Below, one piece after another: positions 43,504-57,585 of a DNA stretch of 64,000 bases. This DNA comes from the human T2T-CHM13v2.0 reference genome, Homo sapiens, in assembly GCF_009914755.1 (NCBI RefSeq), contig NC_060925.1; one strand, given 5' to 3'. The notes beneath the pieces were generated by a model. It worked only from the letters and a program-made list of their open reading frames with translations, did no database searches and had not been told where the DNA came from. Position 1 is the first letter of the stretch. Every line of letters starts with the position of its first letter. Both the position numbers and the translations under genes were made by a program.

Positions 43504-43960
43504 TGTGATGGTTCATACTGAGTGCCAACTTGATTGAATTGAAGGATACAGAGTATTGATACTGGGTATATCTGTGAAGGTGTTGCCAAAAGAGATTAAC
43601 ATTTGAGTCAGAGGGTTGGGAAAGTCATACCCACCCTTAATTGGGTGGGTGCCATCTAATCAGCTGCCAGCAAATATAAAGCCGGCAGAAAAATGTGAAA
43701 AGGAGAGAAAGGCCTAGCCTCCTAGCTAACATTTTTCCCCCATGCTGGACACTTCCTGTCCTTGAACATTGGACTCCAGGTTCTTCAGTTTTGAGATTCA
43801 GACTGGCTTTCCTTGCTGCTCAAGCGTGCAGACAGCCAATTACGGTACCTTGTGATCATGTAAGTTAACACTTAATAAACTCATCTATATATGATAAATA
43901 TCAAGAATATATATACATCTCTCTCCTATTAGTTCTGTTCCTCTAGAGAACCCTAATACA
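43504..43960 (+). mobile_element. HERV-L 3' LTR (MLT2A1)
   Basis: TGTGATGGTTCATACTGAGTGCCAAC...CCCTAATACA, direct repeat of 37410-37904. Confidence 0.93.
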
Positions 43961-44182
43961 AATATGCTCTCTTTTTGAAGCATGTTTTTAAATTTCCATG
44001 TATTTGTATACTTTCCTAAGTCCTCTTGTTATTCCACTGTGGTCTATGCAGATACTTGGTATGATTTTTATTTTTAAAAATTTGTTAAGATGTGTTTTGT
44101 GGCCTAACATATAGTGTATCTTGCAGAATGTCCCATGTGCTGATTAAAAGAATATATACTCTGCAACTGGGTAGAATTTTCT

Positions 44183-44471
44183 TTTTTTTTGAGATAAAGT
44201 CTCGCTCTTTCACCCAGGCCAGACTGCAGTGGTGCTATCTTGGCTCACTGCAAGCTCCACCTCCCACGTTGACGCCATTCTCCTGCCTCAGCCTCCCGAG
44301 TAGCTGGGACTACAGGCGCCTGTCACCGTGCCCAGCTAATTTTTTGTATTTTTAGTAGAGACGGGGTTTCACCGTGTTGGCCAGGATGGTCTCGATCTCC
44401 TGACCTCATGATCCACCTGCCTAGGCCTCCCAAAGTGCTGGGATTACAGGCGTGAGCCACTGCACCCAGCC
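44183..44471 (-). mobile_element. Alu (AluY/Sc8-like) in L1PB
   Basis: TSD TAGAATTTTCT at 44172-44182 and 44472-44482; GCAAGCTCC, ACGCCATTC diagnostics. Confidence 0.93.
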
Positions 44472-47400
44472 TAGAATTTTCTAAAAATGTATTTTGAGTC
44501 CATTTGGTCTAAAGTCCAATTTAAGTCCAGTGTGTCTTTGTTAATTTTCTTGATAATCTGTCCAATGCTGTGAGTGGGGTATTGAAGTCCCCTGGTATTC
44601 TGATATTGCAGGCTGTCTCTCCCTTTAGGTCTAGTAATATTTGTTTTATGAATCTAAGTGCTCTGGTATTGGGTGCATATGTAGCTAGGGTTGTTATATT
44701 CTCACGCTCAATTGATCCCTGTGTGATTATATAATAACCTTCTTTGTCTTTTTTTTAACTATGTTGATTTAATGCCTACTTTATGTGATATGAGTATAAC
44801 CATTCCTGCTCACTTTCAGTTTCCATTTCTATGGAATATCGTTTTCCATGTCTTTATTTTCAGTCTATATGTGTCTTTATAAGTAAGAACAGTTTCTTGT
44901 ATGCAGCATATAGTCGGATCAAGTTTTTTTAAAATCCATTCAGACAATCCTTATCTTTTAAGTGGAGAACTTAATATATTTATGTTCAAGGTTATTATTA
45001 GTATGTGAGGTTGTGCTACTGTAATGTTGTTAATAGTTTACTAGTAGTTGTAAAAATTCTTTGTTTCTTTATTTCTGTCTGTTTCTATTTGTGGTGTAGT
45101 GGAATTCTGTAATGGTGCAATTTGATTCCTTTCTCTTCCTCCTTTGTGCAATTGCTTTACAAGTGAATTTTATACTTCTATGTATTTTCTTGATGGTGAC
45201 TATTGTCCCTTCCATGTTTATAAGTCCTCTGAGCATTTCTTGTAGAACTGGACTGGTGGTAATAAAGTCCCTCAGCATTTGCTTGTCTGGGAAAGACTTT
45301 ATTCCTTCATTTATGAAGCATTCTCTTGCTGGATATAGAATTCTTTACTGACAGTTTTTTTCTTTCAGTACTTTGAATACGTCATCCCATTCTATTCTGG
45401 CCTGTGTGGTTTCTGCTGGGTAGTCCACTGTGAGTCACATGTTTTTCTCTTGCTGTTTTTTAGAATTCATTCTTTCACTTTGACTTTAGAATGTCTAATT
45501 GTAATATGCCACAATAAAGTCCTTTTTGCCCTGTGTTTCCCTAAAAATTGTTGTGCCTCCTGGATCTAGATGTCTAAATCTCTTACTAGACTTGAAAATT
45601 TTCATCTATTAACTTGTTAAATAGATTTTTAAACTTTTTGATTCTTCCCTATCCAGAATACTAATATTTTATAAGTTTGATTGCTTTATGCAGTCACAAA
45701 TGTTTCAAAGGCTTTATTTTTTTCTTTATATTTTGCCTGACGGAATTATCTCAAAAGACCTGTCTTCAAGTTCTGAAATTCTTTCTTCTGCTTGGTTTGG
45801 TCTGTTGTTGAAGCTTTTGCACATATTTTATATTTACTTCAATGATATTTTCAGTTCCAGAATTTCTTTTTTTAAAAAAGATATATATTTCCTTGGTAAA
45901 TTTCTCATTCACATTCTGAATTGGGTTTATGATGTCTTTGTATTGGTTTTCAGATTTCTCTTGCATCTCATTGAACTTCTTTAAAATCAATACTTTGAGT
46001 TATCTGGAATTTCAAGAATTTATTTTTGGTTAGAATCTGTTGTTGGAAAATTATTGTGTTTCTTTGAGGGCATCATATCACCTCATTTTTTATGTTTTTC
46101 CTGTGTCTGTATGTCAATTTATGTGTATCTGGTGTAAAACTTATGTTTATATTTACTTTTGTTGGGAGAGGAGCTTTTCTTGAAGGTGTGACTATGATGA
46201 TGGTTGAATGGGGTTGTTTGGTTTTGCTTCTGGATTTATGCAGTGGTGAAAACTACCTGGTTTTCCTTGGCTATAAATAGCATTAGTGGCGTCTGTGGAT
46301 TCCTCAGTGTGTTAGGGCATGGTTATTGATGGAGGCTTTGTTGCAGTTGTGCTGGATATTTGAATGCCAGATGGACCCTTCAGGTTTCAGTGGTAGTGGT
46401 GATGAGCTATTCATGTTTGTCCTTGTGACCTGGAGCAGTATATGCTGGCATCTGTGTTGGGAGTTCTAGGCAGGCTGATTCTTGGGCCTCTGGGTGGCTT
46501 TCTTGCATGTCAATTGTAGTAGTGCTATACGAGGCAAGTGAGTGGGCTCTTGAGTTCCTGGGCAGCTGAGATGCCATAGGCAATGGTGGTAGCAGCAGTG
46601 GTGAAGTGTTCTCCCAGGTCCCAAGCCCTGTGCTCTTGTGTTGGGAGTAGTTGCAGGGGGTTGTATGAGCTGGTCTCTGAGCCAGCAGGTGGCACTTGCA
46701 GGTAGAAACAAGCTGATGAGGTAGCAGCAGGGTGTTCATGCTTGACTTTTGTTCCCCAGGACAAGTCCTTAGGTGTCCTACGCACTGGGATGGGCTACAA
46801 ATCTCTCAGAAGCCTGGATCCCACACTCTGTCTTAGAAGATGGAAAAAAACTGATTGGAAGTTGACTGGGCAAACCTGTGCTTGGGCCTCCTGATGGCAA
46901 GTGCATGCATCAGCCATGACAGTTATGGGGCAATCCTAAGGTCCCTGGTAAAATGTTTGGGGGAGGGGTAACAGCCCCTGTGCTGAGGTCCTTCCACAAG
47001 GTAGGAGTGGGATCCTGGTCCCAGCTGTCACAGCCTTGGCCAGCAAGTGCACATCCCAGCAAGTCTCCCTCCCCAGTCCCAGCCAACCTTATACTTCAGT
47101 CAGATGAGGTAGTTCATGCTTCACTTGCAACCCAAAACCTGGCCATAAGAGCACCTGCCCAGCTCAGGACCAAGCCTGCATAGCAACTCTCATCCTGCTC
47201 AGTTCCTGGGGGTTGCCTGGTTCCAGCACCAGTGGCTGAAGGCCATGCCAGTCTCACTAGTCATGGAAGCTCATGCCCCACTCAAGCATCACTTCCAAAA
47301 GCCACAACCTGACTAAGGCCAATAGTTTCCAAAACCATGCACCGTTTGTTAGGAGCTAGTATTGAGAGTAGTGTCTTACTATAGCCACTTAGGTCTCAGA

Positions 47401-47620
47401 CAGGGGATGGGACTCAGGGTATGTTATCTCTTATAGTTTTCTGGCCACTCCCCAAGTCTGATTCATCTCCCTTATTGCGGATTTTCTCCTGGTCCCTAGC
47501 TGATCCTAGCTGGTAACAATAACATAATTTTTCAGTAACATTTTCCAAAACCAGATCTATGCTCTTGCATGCCTATCAATACCCACTGTTTTCAGCAAAA
47601 GTGGTTTTTGCCTTAGAGGA

Positions 47621-48425
47621 TGTGATACTGTGATATGACAAGAAATATATATATTTGGTCTTCATTCCCAGTTCCTGGTGCAGAGTTCCTAAAACCCTTG
47701 TAATTTCCTAAGTGATACACGTGTTAGGAGTATCTTTTATTTTAATATTTGCTTCCTGGCCCTGGTTTCTGACCCAGAGCTCCTAAATCACTTGGAATTT
47801 CCTGGGAGATAGGAATATTTTGTTCCAATGAAGGAACAACTCTTGATGGGCTCCTGGATAGCTTCAGAATAAAGGCTGCTTACCAGCTTAACATATGGGG
47901 CTTTAAGAGCTTCTGGGATGGTGAACATATCCACATACTAAGAGGGTGGCACACTCCCAACTCCATGTGGACACAGAAGCTTTTGTGCTCAGGACGCTTC
48001 CAGACCTAGTCCTATGTACATCTTCATCTGGCTTTTCATCTGTATCGTCTATCATATTTTATAATAAACCAGTAAATATAAGTAAGTGTTTCCCTGAGTT
48101 ACATGGGTGATCACAGAAAATTATCAAACCCAAGGAGGGGTGTCATCAAAATTACTGATTTTTAGCAAATTCAAACATCAATGTGGGTAATATGGGGCCC
48201 CCTGCTTGGGATTAGCATCAGAAATGGGGGGCAGTCTTATGGGTCTGAGCTCATAATCTGTGGTGTCTGCACTAATTCCAGCTGGTTATTGTCATAAATG
48301 AATTGTAGGGCACACAATTGGTAGCTGGAGAATTGTTCTGTCATATGGAAAACAGCGACACATTTGGTGCCAGAAGTGTTGAGAGTTAAAAAAAACAAAA
48401 ACAAAAACAGTAAATTTTTCCTATT
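47621..48425 (+). mobile_element. MER21-like solo LTR
   Basis: TGTGATACTGTGATAT...TTTGGTCTTCATTCCCAGTTCCTGG...CCTAAAACCCTTG, internal duplicated module, AATAAACCAGTAAATATAAGTAAGTGTTTCCCTGAGTT. Confidence 0.75.
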
Positions 48426-49268
48426 TAAAGTGGCTAGGACACTGGGGTTCCCCTCAGTAAACGTCCTCTGTCAGCAACCACCTATCATCTCTAGAACAGA
48501 AAAATTAACTCCGAATCCTAACCGTAGAGTGGATCAATCTGCCCCAGTTGGCTTATCTTAAATGGATGTGGCATATACCCTTAAGCCAGTCCTGAAGCCC
48601 CATAAAAAACCAACTCCAGAGATCAGCACTCTCACTAGATTCCTCCAAGTCAGCTTTCACTTGCTTACACCATTTACTCCTTGTTCTCAGTACTCTTGTT
48701 GCCTTATTTTTTTCCTTCTCCTTATATTATCTCCATGTTGCTATTTCTGCTTTGTGGAGAGTCTTTAGGTAGGAGACCCATGTTTGAATTCCCAAATCTT
48801 ACTGACTTTAGCTTCCAGTGGAAACACTTTACTTCAGGCTTTCTGAGACCAGAAACTAGGGACCCCCTCTCCCAATGCTTTTTATCAGGGCAGGAAGATT
48901 AAATAAGAACAATGTGTCTAAAATGAATTTGTTGGTCTTTGACATTAGTTTTTTAAATGAATATACAAGATTATTCCAAATAATTTAGCTTTAGGGTTAG
49001 AATGGATCTTAAACGTCATCTGGTATACCTCCCACTATTGCCAGCACTGTCAATATAATGTAATTTTCTTACAGTATCCTTCCATTGGGGGGCAGTTATC
49101 ATTTTATTAAATACTCTTGACCCTATGAGGTATTACACGTCATCTTGGAAAGCAGTGACTTGTTTCATAGTGGTTTCTAGTCCCTCTGAGAATGCTCTAG
49201 ACAATGACCATAATTTTTCTTTTTAAGGAATGACATGCTCAATTTCTTTTTTTTCTCCTAAAATTTAC

Positions 49269-49443
49269 CAGAGGTAGACCCAGGATTTGTGGGTTTGTGG
49301 GCTCTGAAGCTTATGAAGACTCTCTTTAAGAAACCGAAAACAATATTATGAATATGAAATCAGGTTCAAGACCTTTAAAGGACACATGCAAGGGAGAAAC
49401 CCAGAAATTTAAGTTTTGTAGCTTCAGGGTATATCTGCCTTTA
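49269..49443. mobile_element. Short hAT-Tip100 DNA transposon fossil (MER45/MER91 group)
   Basis: Degenerate terminal inverted repeats CAGAGGTAGA / TATCTGCCTTT; internal TTTGTGGG..CTGAAGCTTAT and CTCTTTAAGAAA. Confidence 0.6.
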
Positions 49444-49821
49444 TCAGGACTACACTTAAATGATTAAATATTTAAAGTATGCTTTATCTCATTTATTGTA
49501 TGAAGTAGCTGCTGTTGTTATTTCTATTCCAAATATGAGAACATCAAGTCCTCCAAAGTTAAGAAACATGCTCAAGATCACACAGCTTGTAAGTTGCAGA
49601 ACCAGTTCATTAAATGTTTAGGAAAATGGACTTGCTTTCCCTCTCCATCGTAGTTATTATCCTACAGCCAATCTCTGGTTTATCTAAACCACTCTTAAAA
49701 GTGTATATTCAATTCAAATAGTATGAATAGAACACTTACTATATGTCAAGTAATACACAGTGCTATGCATTTCACCTATTATAGTTAGAGTTAATTATTT
49801 TCAGATTTACTTGAACCTTCT

Positions 49822-50550
49822 CTGGGGAACAAACTACAGCGTAGCTCTACATCATCTCTGCCTCCCAGTGTTCATGCCCCTGTATAATCTCTCCCTTTGA
49901 GTACTGGAAGGACCTGTGACTTGCTCTTACAACATAATATGACAAAGGTGATAGGATGGCACTCACATGGTTATGTTACATTCTAAACAACTCTACCCTG
50001 CTAGGAAATCTGCCCTAGAGAGCTGGTTTGATGAAATAAACAGCTATATTGGAAAAGCCCGTGTGGCAAGGAACTGCTGGCAGCATCTAGGAAATGCAGA
50101 AGATAGCATCTAAGAACTGCAGGCAGCCTCTAAGATCAGAGGGTGGCCTCCAGCCAACAGTCACCAAGAAGCCAGTGCCCTCAATCCTATAAAAGGTTGT
50201 TGAAGTCTGCTAACATGCCTAATGAGCTTAGAAGAGGATTCTTCCCTAGTCAACCCTCCAGATAAGAAAGCAACCTAACCATCATCTTAATTATTGACTT
50301 TGTGAGATCCCAAGCAGATGACACAGCTAAGTCATGTCTGAACTCTTGATCCAAATAAACTATTATATAATAAATATGCTATTTTAAGTCACTAAATTTG
50401 TGACAACTTATTACACATTAATTAGATAACTAATACAGATTCTGGTAATGATAGTGGGGTGCTGCTATGACAAATATACAAACATGTGGGAGTGGCTTTG
50501 GGCACAGGCAGAGTCGAAGTTGGAAGAATTTTGATAATCACAAATGAAAA
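49822..50550 (+). mobile_element. MaLR LTR (MLT1E-like, to 50437) followed by start of MLT1 internal sequence
   Basis: LTR ends GATAACTAATACA; followed by GATTCTGGTA...AGTGGGGTGCTGCT...ATGTGGGAGTGGCTTTGG. Confidence 0.72.
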
Positions 50551-51269
50551 CCTAAGTCTTACCTTTTAGAATCAGATGCCATAAAAATAATTCCCATTTT
50601 TCCCCCCTGAATATTCTGTCTGTGTATTGGGGCCATATTTGACAATTCCCTACCTTTACCCATATGTTAATTACAAGTTCTAAAATAATATCTTTGCTTG
50701 TTCAAACCTACAAAGTGAATTGCTTATTTTTGCTTAGATTCAGAAGACACAAATATTTATGGAAAATGTATTGACTGTCAAATACTGAGTTAAATTATTT
50801 CTTTTATATATGTTGCCTCATGTAATCCCCATAAAAAACACTGTGTGTTAGGCATTGCTATCCCCATTTTATACTTGGAAAAAAAACACCGAGTTCCAGG
50901 AGACAGGGTTGGTAAGGAACCTAAGACACCTCTCAGGAAAAGTTTTTGTTTTAATTTGCTGGATTCAAAGCATCAGAGTATGCCTAGAGAATGACTAGCA
51001 TTCCTCTTTGCTGCAAGTTTCTTTGCTCGGTAACAAATTTCATTTCAGTCTATCAAGACAACTTTTTCATATGCAACATTATTAATATGAAAAGTGGTAG
51101 GACAGCACTTTAGAATTTACAAAAACATTCACATACAATCTAACTTGATCCTCAAAAAGATCTTGTGAAGACAGTATTAATGTCCCAATTTAGAGATGTA
51201 GAACTAAGGTTCAGAAATAGCAGGAGCTTTGCCCAAATTTATACAATTAGATAAAAGAGGATATCCTGC

Positions 51270-51352
51270 TCAGCATGAACATAGTATCTAGCATGCAACC
51301 ATAATCAATAATCGTTTAGAGACTGACTGACTGACTGAATGAATGAATGAAT
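51270..51352 (+). mobile_element. L2 3' terminus with (GACT)n(GAAT)n tail
   Basis: CAATAATCGTTTAGAGACTGACTGACTGACTGAATGAATGAATGAAT. Confidence 0.6.
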
Positions 51353-51672
51353 ACATTAATGTTTTATTCCAAGGGCAGTGCTCTTTTCGTTAAAGCAGCA
51401 CCTCCATGAAACAAATCAGAATTTAATTCTGAGTACCTTGTTCTCTAGTAACCAGCACCACAAAATAACAGTTTTATAAATTAAAAGGAAAAATAATTGA
51501 GTTATATTAAATTACTTATTCATCTACACATACACCAGAGTGTCCCTCACCTCTGTCTTGACTCATCTAGTTCTGTCTAAAAACTCTCATCCATTCTCCA
51601 CCTTTTCCTCCCTCCTCCTCCCATTCTTCATTGGTTTGTTCCATTCCTACTCACCTTTAAAGCCTTAGCTCA

Positions 51673-52035
<363 letters not shown>

Positions 52036-52619
52036 CTAGCCCACCTAGTCCAGGGGCCCCTCCTCTGTGTTCCCATAGCTCATGCTGCTTATCTTATTGA
52101 GATATGGTGACTCATCTCACCATTAGGCAACTGGTTTTATTCACCTCTGTATCACTTATGCCTAACGCAATGTCATTGCATAGTATTCATGCATATATAT
52201 ATCCATCATAATACTGGCTTGAACTAAATTAAATACCCGCTAGCTGGAACCCTGTATGCAAAAGGCTCTATTCTTTGTCATTACTTATAAGGGGACTGAA
52301 GAGTAAATATCAGAATTGAAAGTCTGGCATCATGTTGCTAAACAGTTCCTTGGCAACACAACAGGTGTATATATAATGAGAATAATAGCACAAACATTAC
52401 ATTTTAAAATATTACTCCCCACAACAGCAACTTGTTGTTTGCAAACTCCAGCCCTGTCAGAGATTCCTTCTGCTTCTGGCCTCCAGACTCATGATGCAGC
52501 AAGGCAGTGATTTTTAAATTTATTATTATTATTATTATTTTCATAATAAACAAATACATTGAAATAATGAAATTCTGAGGCTCTGTAATTTTTCAGGAGA
52601 AAAATAAAATAGGAAAGAT

Positions 52620-53120
52620 CTTGCTAAATTCTTAATCAGGCCACATCATTTCCTTCTTAAAATCTCTCAATGATTCCCTCACCTAAAGTTCCTCACCCTT
52701 ACTCTATGCATCTTGGTTCACCAGGCTCCATACTCCACACCATGTAATCCAGCCAACCTGAATTAATATTTATTTCCCAAGCACATTAAGCTGTTCCAGG
52801 CCACTATGTCTCTCCTTACAATCTTACAGCGTAGAATGTCCTTGTATGCCTTATCTATGCCCAGCAAAATCTTAGTTTCTCATGGTAATGCTTCCTCAGT
52901 TATAATACACCATAATGCTTTGTGCCCACACTGTCCTCTGTAATACATTCTAATTTATAACCTCTGTGACACTGCAGTGTACCTATTTGTGGATGCTATA
53001 ATTTCCACCCTGAGCTCCTTAAGGACAGAGACTGAATCCGTCTCATTCATTGTTGTATTCCTAGCACCCAGTACAAATTTTAGCATTGAGCAGACACTTA
53101 GAGAATGTCAACGAATCAAC
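52620..53120 (+). mobile_element. L2 fragment
   Basis: CTTCTTAAAATCTCTCAATGATTCCC...GAGCTCCTTAAGGACAGAGACTG...TGTATTCCTAGCACCCAGTACA. Confidence 0.65.
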
Positions 53121-55509
53121 ATACCAGTGGTTATGAAGACACTGCTCAAGGCCTAGGAAGAATTAAGAATGCTCTTCTGCCTGAGACTGGGTTAGAATCT
53201 ACATTCTGGAAGCAATACTTCAAAGTTACTGTCTAGCTCAAAGACTTTAATGTAAAACTCCCCAGCCTTGATTAACACCTGTTCATTTGAACCGCCAACC
53301 CAGACATCCTGGTTCGTTCTCTTATATGTGCCTATATCTTTCTTGAATTCAAAATTCAACAAGCATGGATTGAGGCACCTACATGTGCCACATACTACAT
53401 ACTAGGTACTGAAGAATTCATAATGGACAAAATATAATTTGTTTCCTCAAGGAGCTCCTAAATGAGTGATATCATTAAGTCATTACTGAAACAACCTATA
53501 TTATGATCTCATCACACTGAGACACATAGGGATTGATTAACTTAACCAAGACCACATACATTTGTAAGGCCATTCTTCAAGTATGTTGAACTATGCTTCA
53601 TTTATGTTAGAAATATGGGTGAACTGGGGATTTTTAAGATGCATATGTCCAGGGATGCAAGGTAAATTCTAGTTCTGCCTTCAATAAATTACTCCTTTCC
53701 ACAAGTCCTGGAAGGAGTTGTATGCATACAGGAAACAATTACCAGTGAAGGTAGGGAGGACATTTTATTATAAGCTGTGGTTTAGATCTCAAACCTCAAA
53801 ACAGAGAAGTTCAATATAAGCTGAGTTGAACTAGAAGGAGCACTCTTTTTTATTTAATATTGTTGAGTATAAATGGCTTTAAATCAAAGCATGATGTGAG
53901 ACCAACTAATTTTATTTTTCTCAATCCCTAAGCATCCAGGTATGAATTCCCAATCCTAATTATATGACTAAAGGAAACTCAAACCATAACTGGAGAAGCA
54001 ACACTGTGACTTGAACCTAAAATCAAGCTTGCATTTGGACCCTAGATTCCTCCATAAATGTTAATTCCCTTTTTCACTATACCATAGCTGTCTCAATAGA
54101 CTTACCTATGGTCAAAAACTGCATAATTGATAAAACCCTAAATCCACAGAGACCAAAAAGCAGAGTGTTCACCAATATTTTAGGACTTCAAAGTATTGGC
54201 ATTTGTAGGGAAAGCATGAAAGTTATATGCAAATCACCATAAATGTACATCAATGGGAAAAATTGAACATCAATTAAAATGGAAATTATATAATATTTCA
54301 TATAATCAAATTTAAAATTGCATGAGATTGGAAAATATAGCTTTGTCTATACTTTCTAAATGCTAGAGACAATGCTGGTTTATTACTGCGAGAGTGAAAT
54401 GAGCAGTATTAGTCCCAATTAAGAGTGAAATTCTGATAATTATTTAAGATTAATTGAAGCTTGTTGACAGACTCAAGAGAGCCCTGTGTGGGAATGTATA
54501 CTTGCATTCACTTAAACAGGAAAAACTTCACCCTTCCTTATTTTTCTTTATCTTGTGACAAGTTACTCTTATGAGATAGCTATTTTGACTCTTACTTGGT
54601 AGGCTTACTCCTATAGTAATAAATTGACAGAGTGTTTCTTTGTAGGTCTGTCTGTAGGACCTAAATACATAAAAGTATACCCCTTACAGTATTTTAAAGC
54701 AGTCCATATGAAAGTCACATAAACAAAAATTGTTTTTAAATTGATATAGAAATGTATTAAGATATATATATCCTTTGACCCTGTAATTCAAATTCTGAGA
54801 AGCTATCATAAGGAGACAAAATGAGACCTAGCTTCATTGATCAAGACGTTGACTACAGTAATATTTATAGTAGCAAAAATCTGGAAACCAGCTAAAAGCT
54901 CAACATCAGACTTGGCACATTAATAAATTGAATATAATTATTTAAAATAATGTTCACAAAAATATTTAGCATCAATAAAACCGAGAATATAACACTAATG
55001 AAAAAGATAAAACAGAAAATTACATGCAGGATGCAATACCATCTATGAAAAAGAATTTGTACAGAAGGAAAAAAAAAAAGGAGGCTAGTCCCTGGCACAA
55101 GGGCACTACTTTGTTCGATCAGTTGTTCTTGAACAGAAACAAGGAAGGGAGGGAGGGAAAGGAAGGAAACTAAGAAGTCCAAAAAGTTGTCTCGAGGTAG
55201 AAAACATCAGCAAAGTTATTCTCTACTTCTCTTAATACATTTCTATATACTTTTCAAAAGTTTTACGTAAGAGAGCGTATAATCAAAATGAATACATAGA
55301 AAAATTAATATAGAAAAAATATTAAAACAATAAGGACAAAACCATCAATCTAATATCCTCATGAAACTTCAGTCCATTTCAAAACCTTCCCACAACTACT
55401 ATTATCTCTGGAAATTAGTGTTTCTAATTAAGAGAAAAATATGCATTAAATAATTAGTGAAATTTAACTCTTAGAATAAAGAGTATTCATGAATAAAATA
55501 TCAACTGAG

Positions 55510-56155
55510 AATGAAATTAGCTATGAGTACAGAAATAACTCTGGAAATTCCAATAAAATTAAACTATATGTTTCTAAATAACCCATGAGTCAAAGTGTAA
55601 ATCACAAGGGATATTAGAAAATATGTTAGCAGAATAAAAATAAAAACAAGGATTACAAAAATTAATAGGACTGAGTAAACACTGCTTAGAGGAAAATGTA
55701 TAGCTTTAAATGACTATATCTGAAACAAATAAAATCGTCTAAAATCAATAACTTTCATACCTTAAGCTTCTGCCTTAGGAAACCAGAAAAAAGCCCTCAA
55801 TCTAACATAAAAAGGTAAACAATTGAGATTAGGTGGGAGGCAACCAAAAAAACACAAAACAAAATAAATTAAATACAGAAAAATCAATGAAACCAAAAGT
55901 TGTTTTTTTGAGAAGATTAACAAAATTGACAGATCTTTAAGGAGAATGACCTTGAAAAAAAGGGAAGACACAAATTATCACAATGGGGAATGAAAGAAGA
56001 AACATTAGTACTAGCCACACAAAAATTAAAGGAATTGTAAGTGATATTATAAATAACTTGTTATCAAAAATTACTTATATAACATTGAAAATTAAATTGA
56101 CTGACTAAAAAAAAGAAAATCTGAATAGGCCTGTATTAAGTAAAGGAATTGAATT
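55510..56155 (+). mobile_element. Old L1M ORF2 fragment
   Basis: TTTCTAAATAACCCATGAGTCAAAG, AAAATCAATGAAACCAAAAGTTG, GAAAATCTGAATAGGCC. Confidence 0.75.
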
Positions 56156-56159
56156 CATT

Positions 56160-57585
56160 CTCTATCGTTAAAATGACCATACTGCAAAAGCAATTTATTA
56201 ATTCAATGCTATTCCTATCAAACTACCAATGACATTCTTCACAGAACAAGAAAAAACTATTTTAAAATTGATATGGAACCAAAAAAGAGTTCAAATAGCC
56301 AAGGCAATTCTAAGCAAAAATAACAAAGCCAGAAGAATCACTCTACTTGACTTCAAACTATACTACAGGGCTACTGAAACCAAAACAGCATAATACTCGT
56401 ACAAAAACAGATACATAGACCAATGGAACAAAATAAGGAGCCTACAAATAAGGCTGCACACCTACAACCATCTGATCTTCAAAAAAGTTTACAAAAACAA
56501 GGAATGGAGAAAGGGGTCCCTATTCAATAAATGGTCCTAGAATAACTGGCTAGCCATATGCAGAAGATTGAAAATCAATTCCTTCCTTACACCATATACA
56601 AAAATCAACTCAAGATGGATTAAAGACTTAAATGTAAAACATAAAACTATAAAAACCCTGGAAGAAAACCTAAAAAATACCATTCTGGACATAGGCCCTG
56701 GCAACAATTTCATGATGAAGACTCCAAAAGCAATTGCAACAAAAACAAAAATTGACAAATGGGATCTAATTAAACTAAGGGCTTCTTCACAGCAAAATAA
56801 ACTGCCAATAGAATAAACAGACAACCTACAGAATGGAAGAAAATATTTGCAAACTATGCACTCAACAAAAATCTAACATCCAGAATCTCCAAGGAACTTA
56901 AACAAATCAAATAAGCAAAAAACAAACAACTCTATTAAAAAATAGGCAAAAAACATGAACAGGCTGGGCTCAGTGGCTCACACCTGTAATCCCTGCACTT
57001 TGAGAGGCTGAGGAGGGCAGATCATTTGAGGTCAGGAGTTCAAGGCCAGCCTTGCCAACATGGCGAAATCCCATCTCTACTGAAAATACAAAATTAGCTG
57101 GGTGTGGTGGCAGGCACCTGTAATCCTAGCTACTTGGGAGGCTGAGGCAGGAGAATCGCTTGAACCCGGAAGTGGAGTTTGCAGTGAACCGAGATCATGC
57201 CACTGCATTTCAGCCTGGGTACACAGTGAGGCTCTGTCTCAAAAAAACAAAAACATGAACAAACACTTCTGAAAAGAAGAGTATACATGTGAACAAGCAT
57301 ATGGAAAAAATACTCAACATCATTAGTCATTAGAGAAATGCAAATCAAAACCACAATGAGATATCATCTCACACAAGTCAAATTGGCTATTATTACAAAG
57401 TCAAAAAATAACAGATGCTGGTGAGGTTGTGGAGAAAGAAAATGCATATATACTATTGGTGGGAATGTAAATTAGTTCAGCCACTGCAGAAAGCAGTTTG
57501 AAGATTTCTCAAGTAACTCAAAACAGAACTACCCTTTGACCCCGCAATTCCATTACTGAGTATACACCCAAAGAGATATAAATTG
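56160..57585 (+). mobile_element. L1PA (older, L1PA13-16-like) ORF2 3' fragment without poly-A, interrupted by Alu
   Basis: [19 protein letters not shown]...[10 protein letters not shown]; stops before the 3'UTR. Confidence 0.82.
56962..57248 (+). mobile_element. AluS in L1
   Basis: TSD AAAAACATGAACA at 56949-56961 and 57249-57261. Confidence 0.93.

Larger units (their letters stand above)
37410..43960 (+). mobile_element. Full-length HERV-L provirus (MLT2A1 LTR - gag - pol - dUTPase - MLT2A1 LTR)
   Basis: Two homologous LTRs, perfect 5-bp TSD AATAT (37405-37409, 43961-43965), PBS region GATTTTAGTACCAGGAG at 37905, purine tract GACAAGGGGTGAAC before 3' LTR, no env. Confidence 0.95.
34260..47505 (-). 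mobile_element. Near full-length decayed L1PB3/4-like LINE-1, interrupted by HERV-L and Alu
   Basis: 3'UTR at 34260-34700, ORF2 to about 45000 (continuing across the provirus), ORF1 remnant 45069-45990, GC-richer 5'UTR 46250-47500. Confidence 0.82.
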
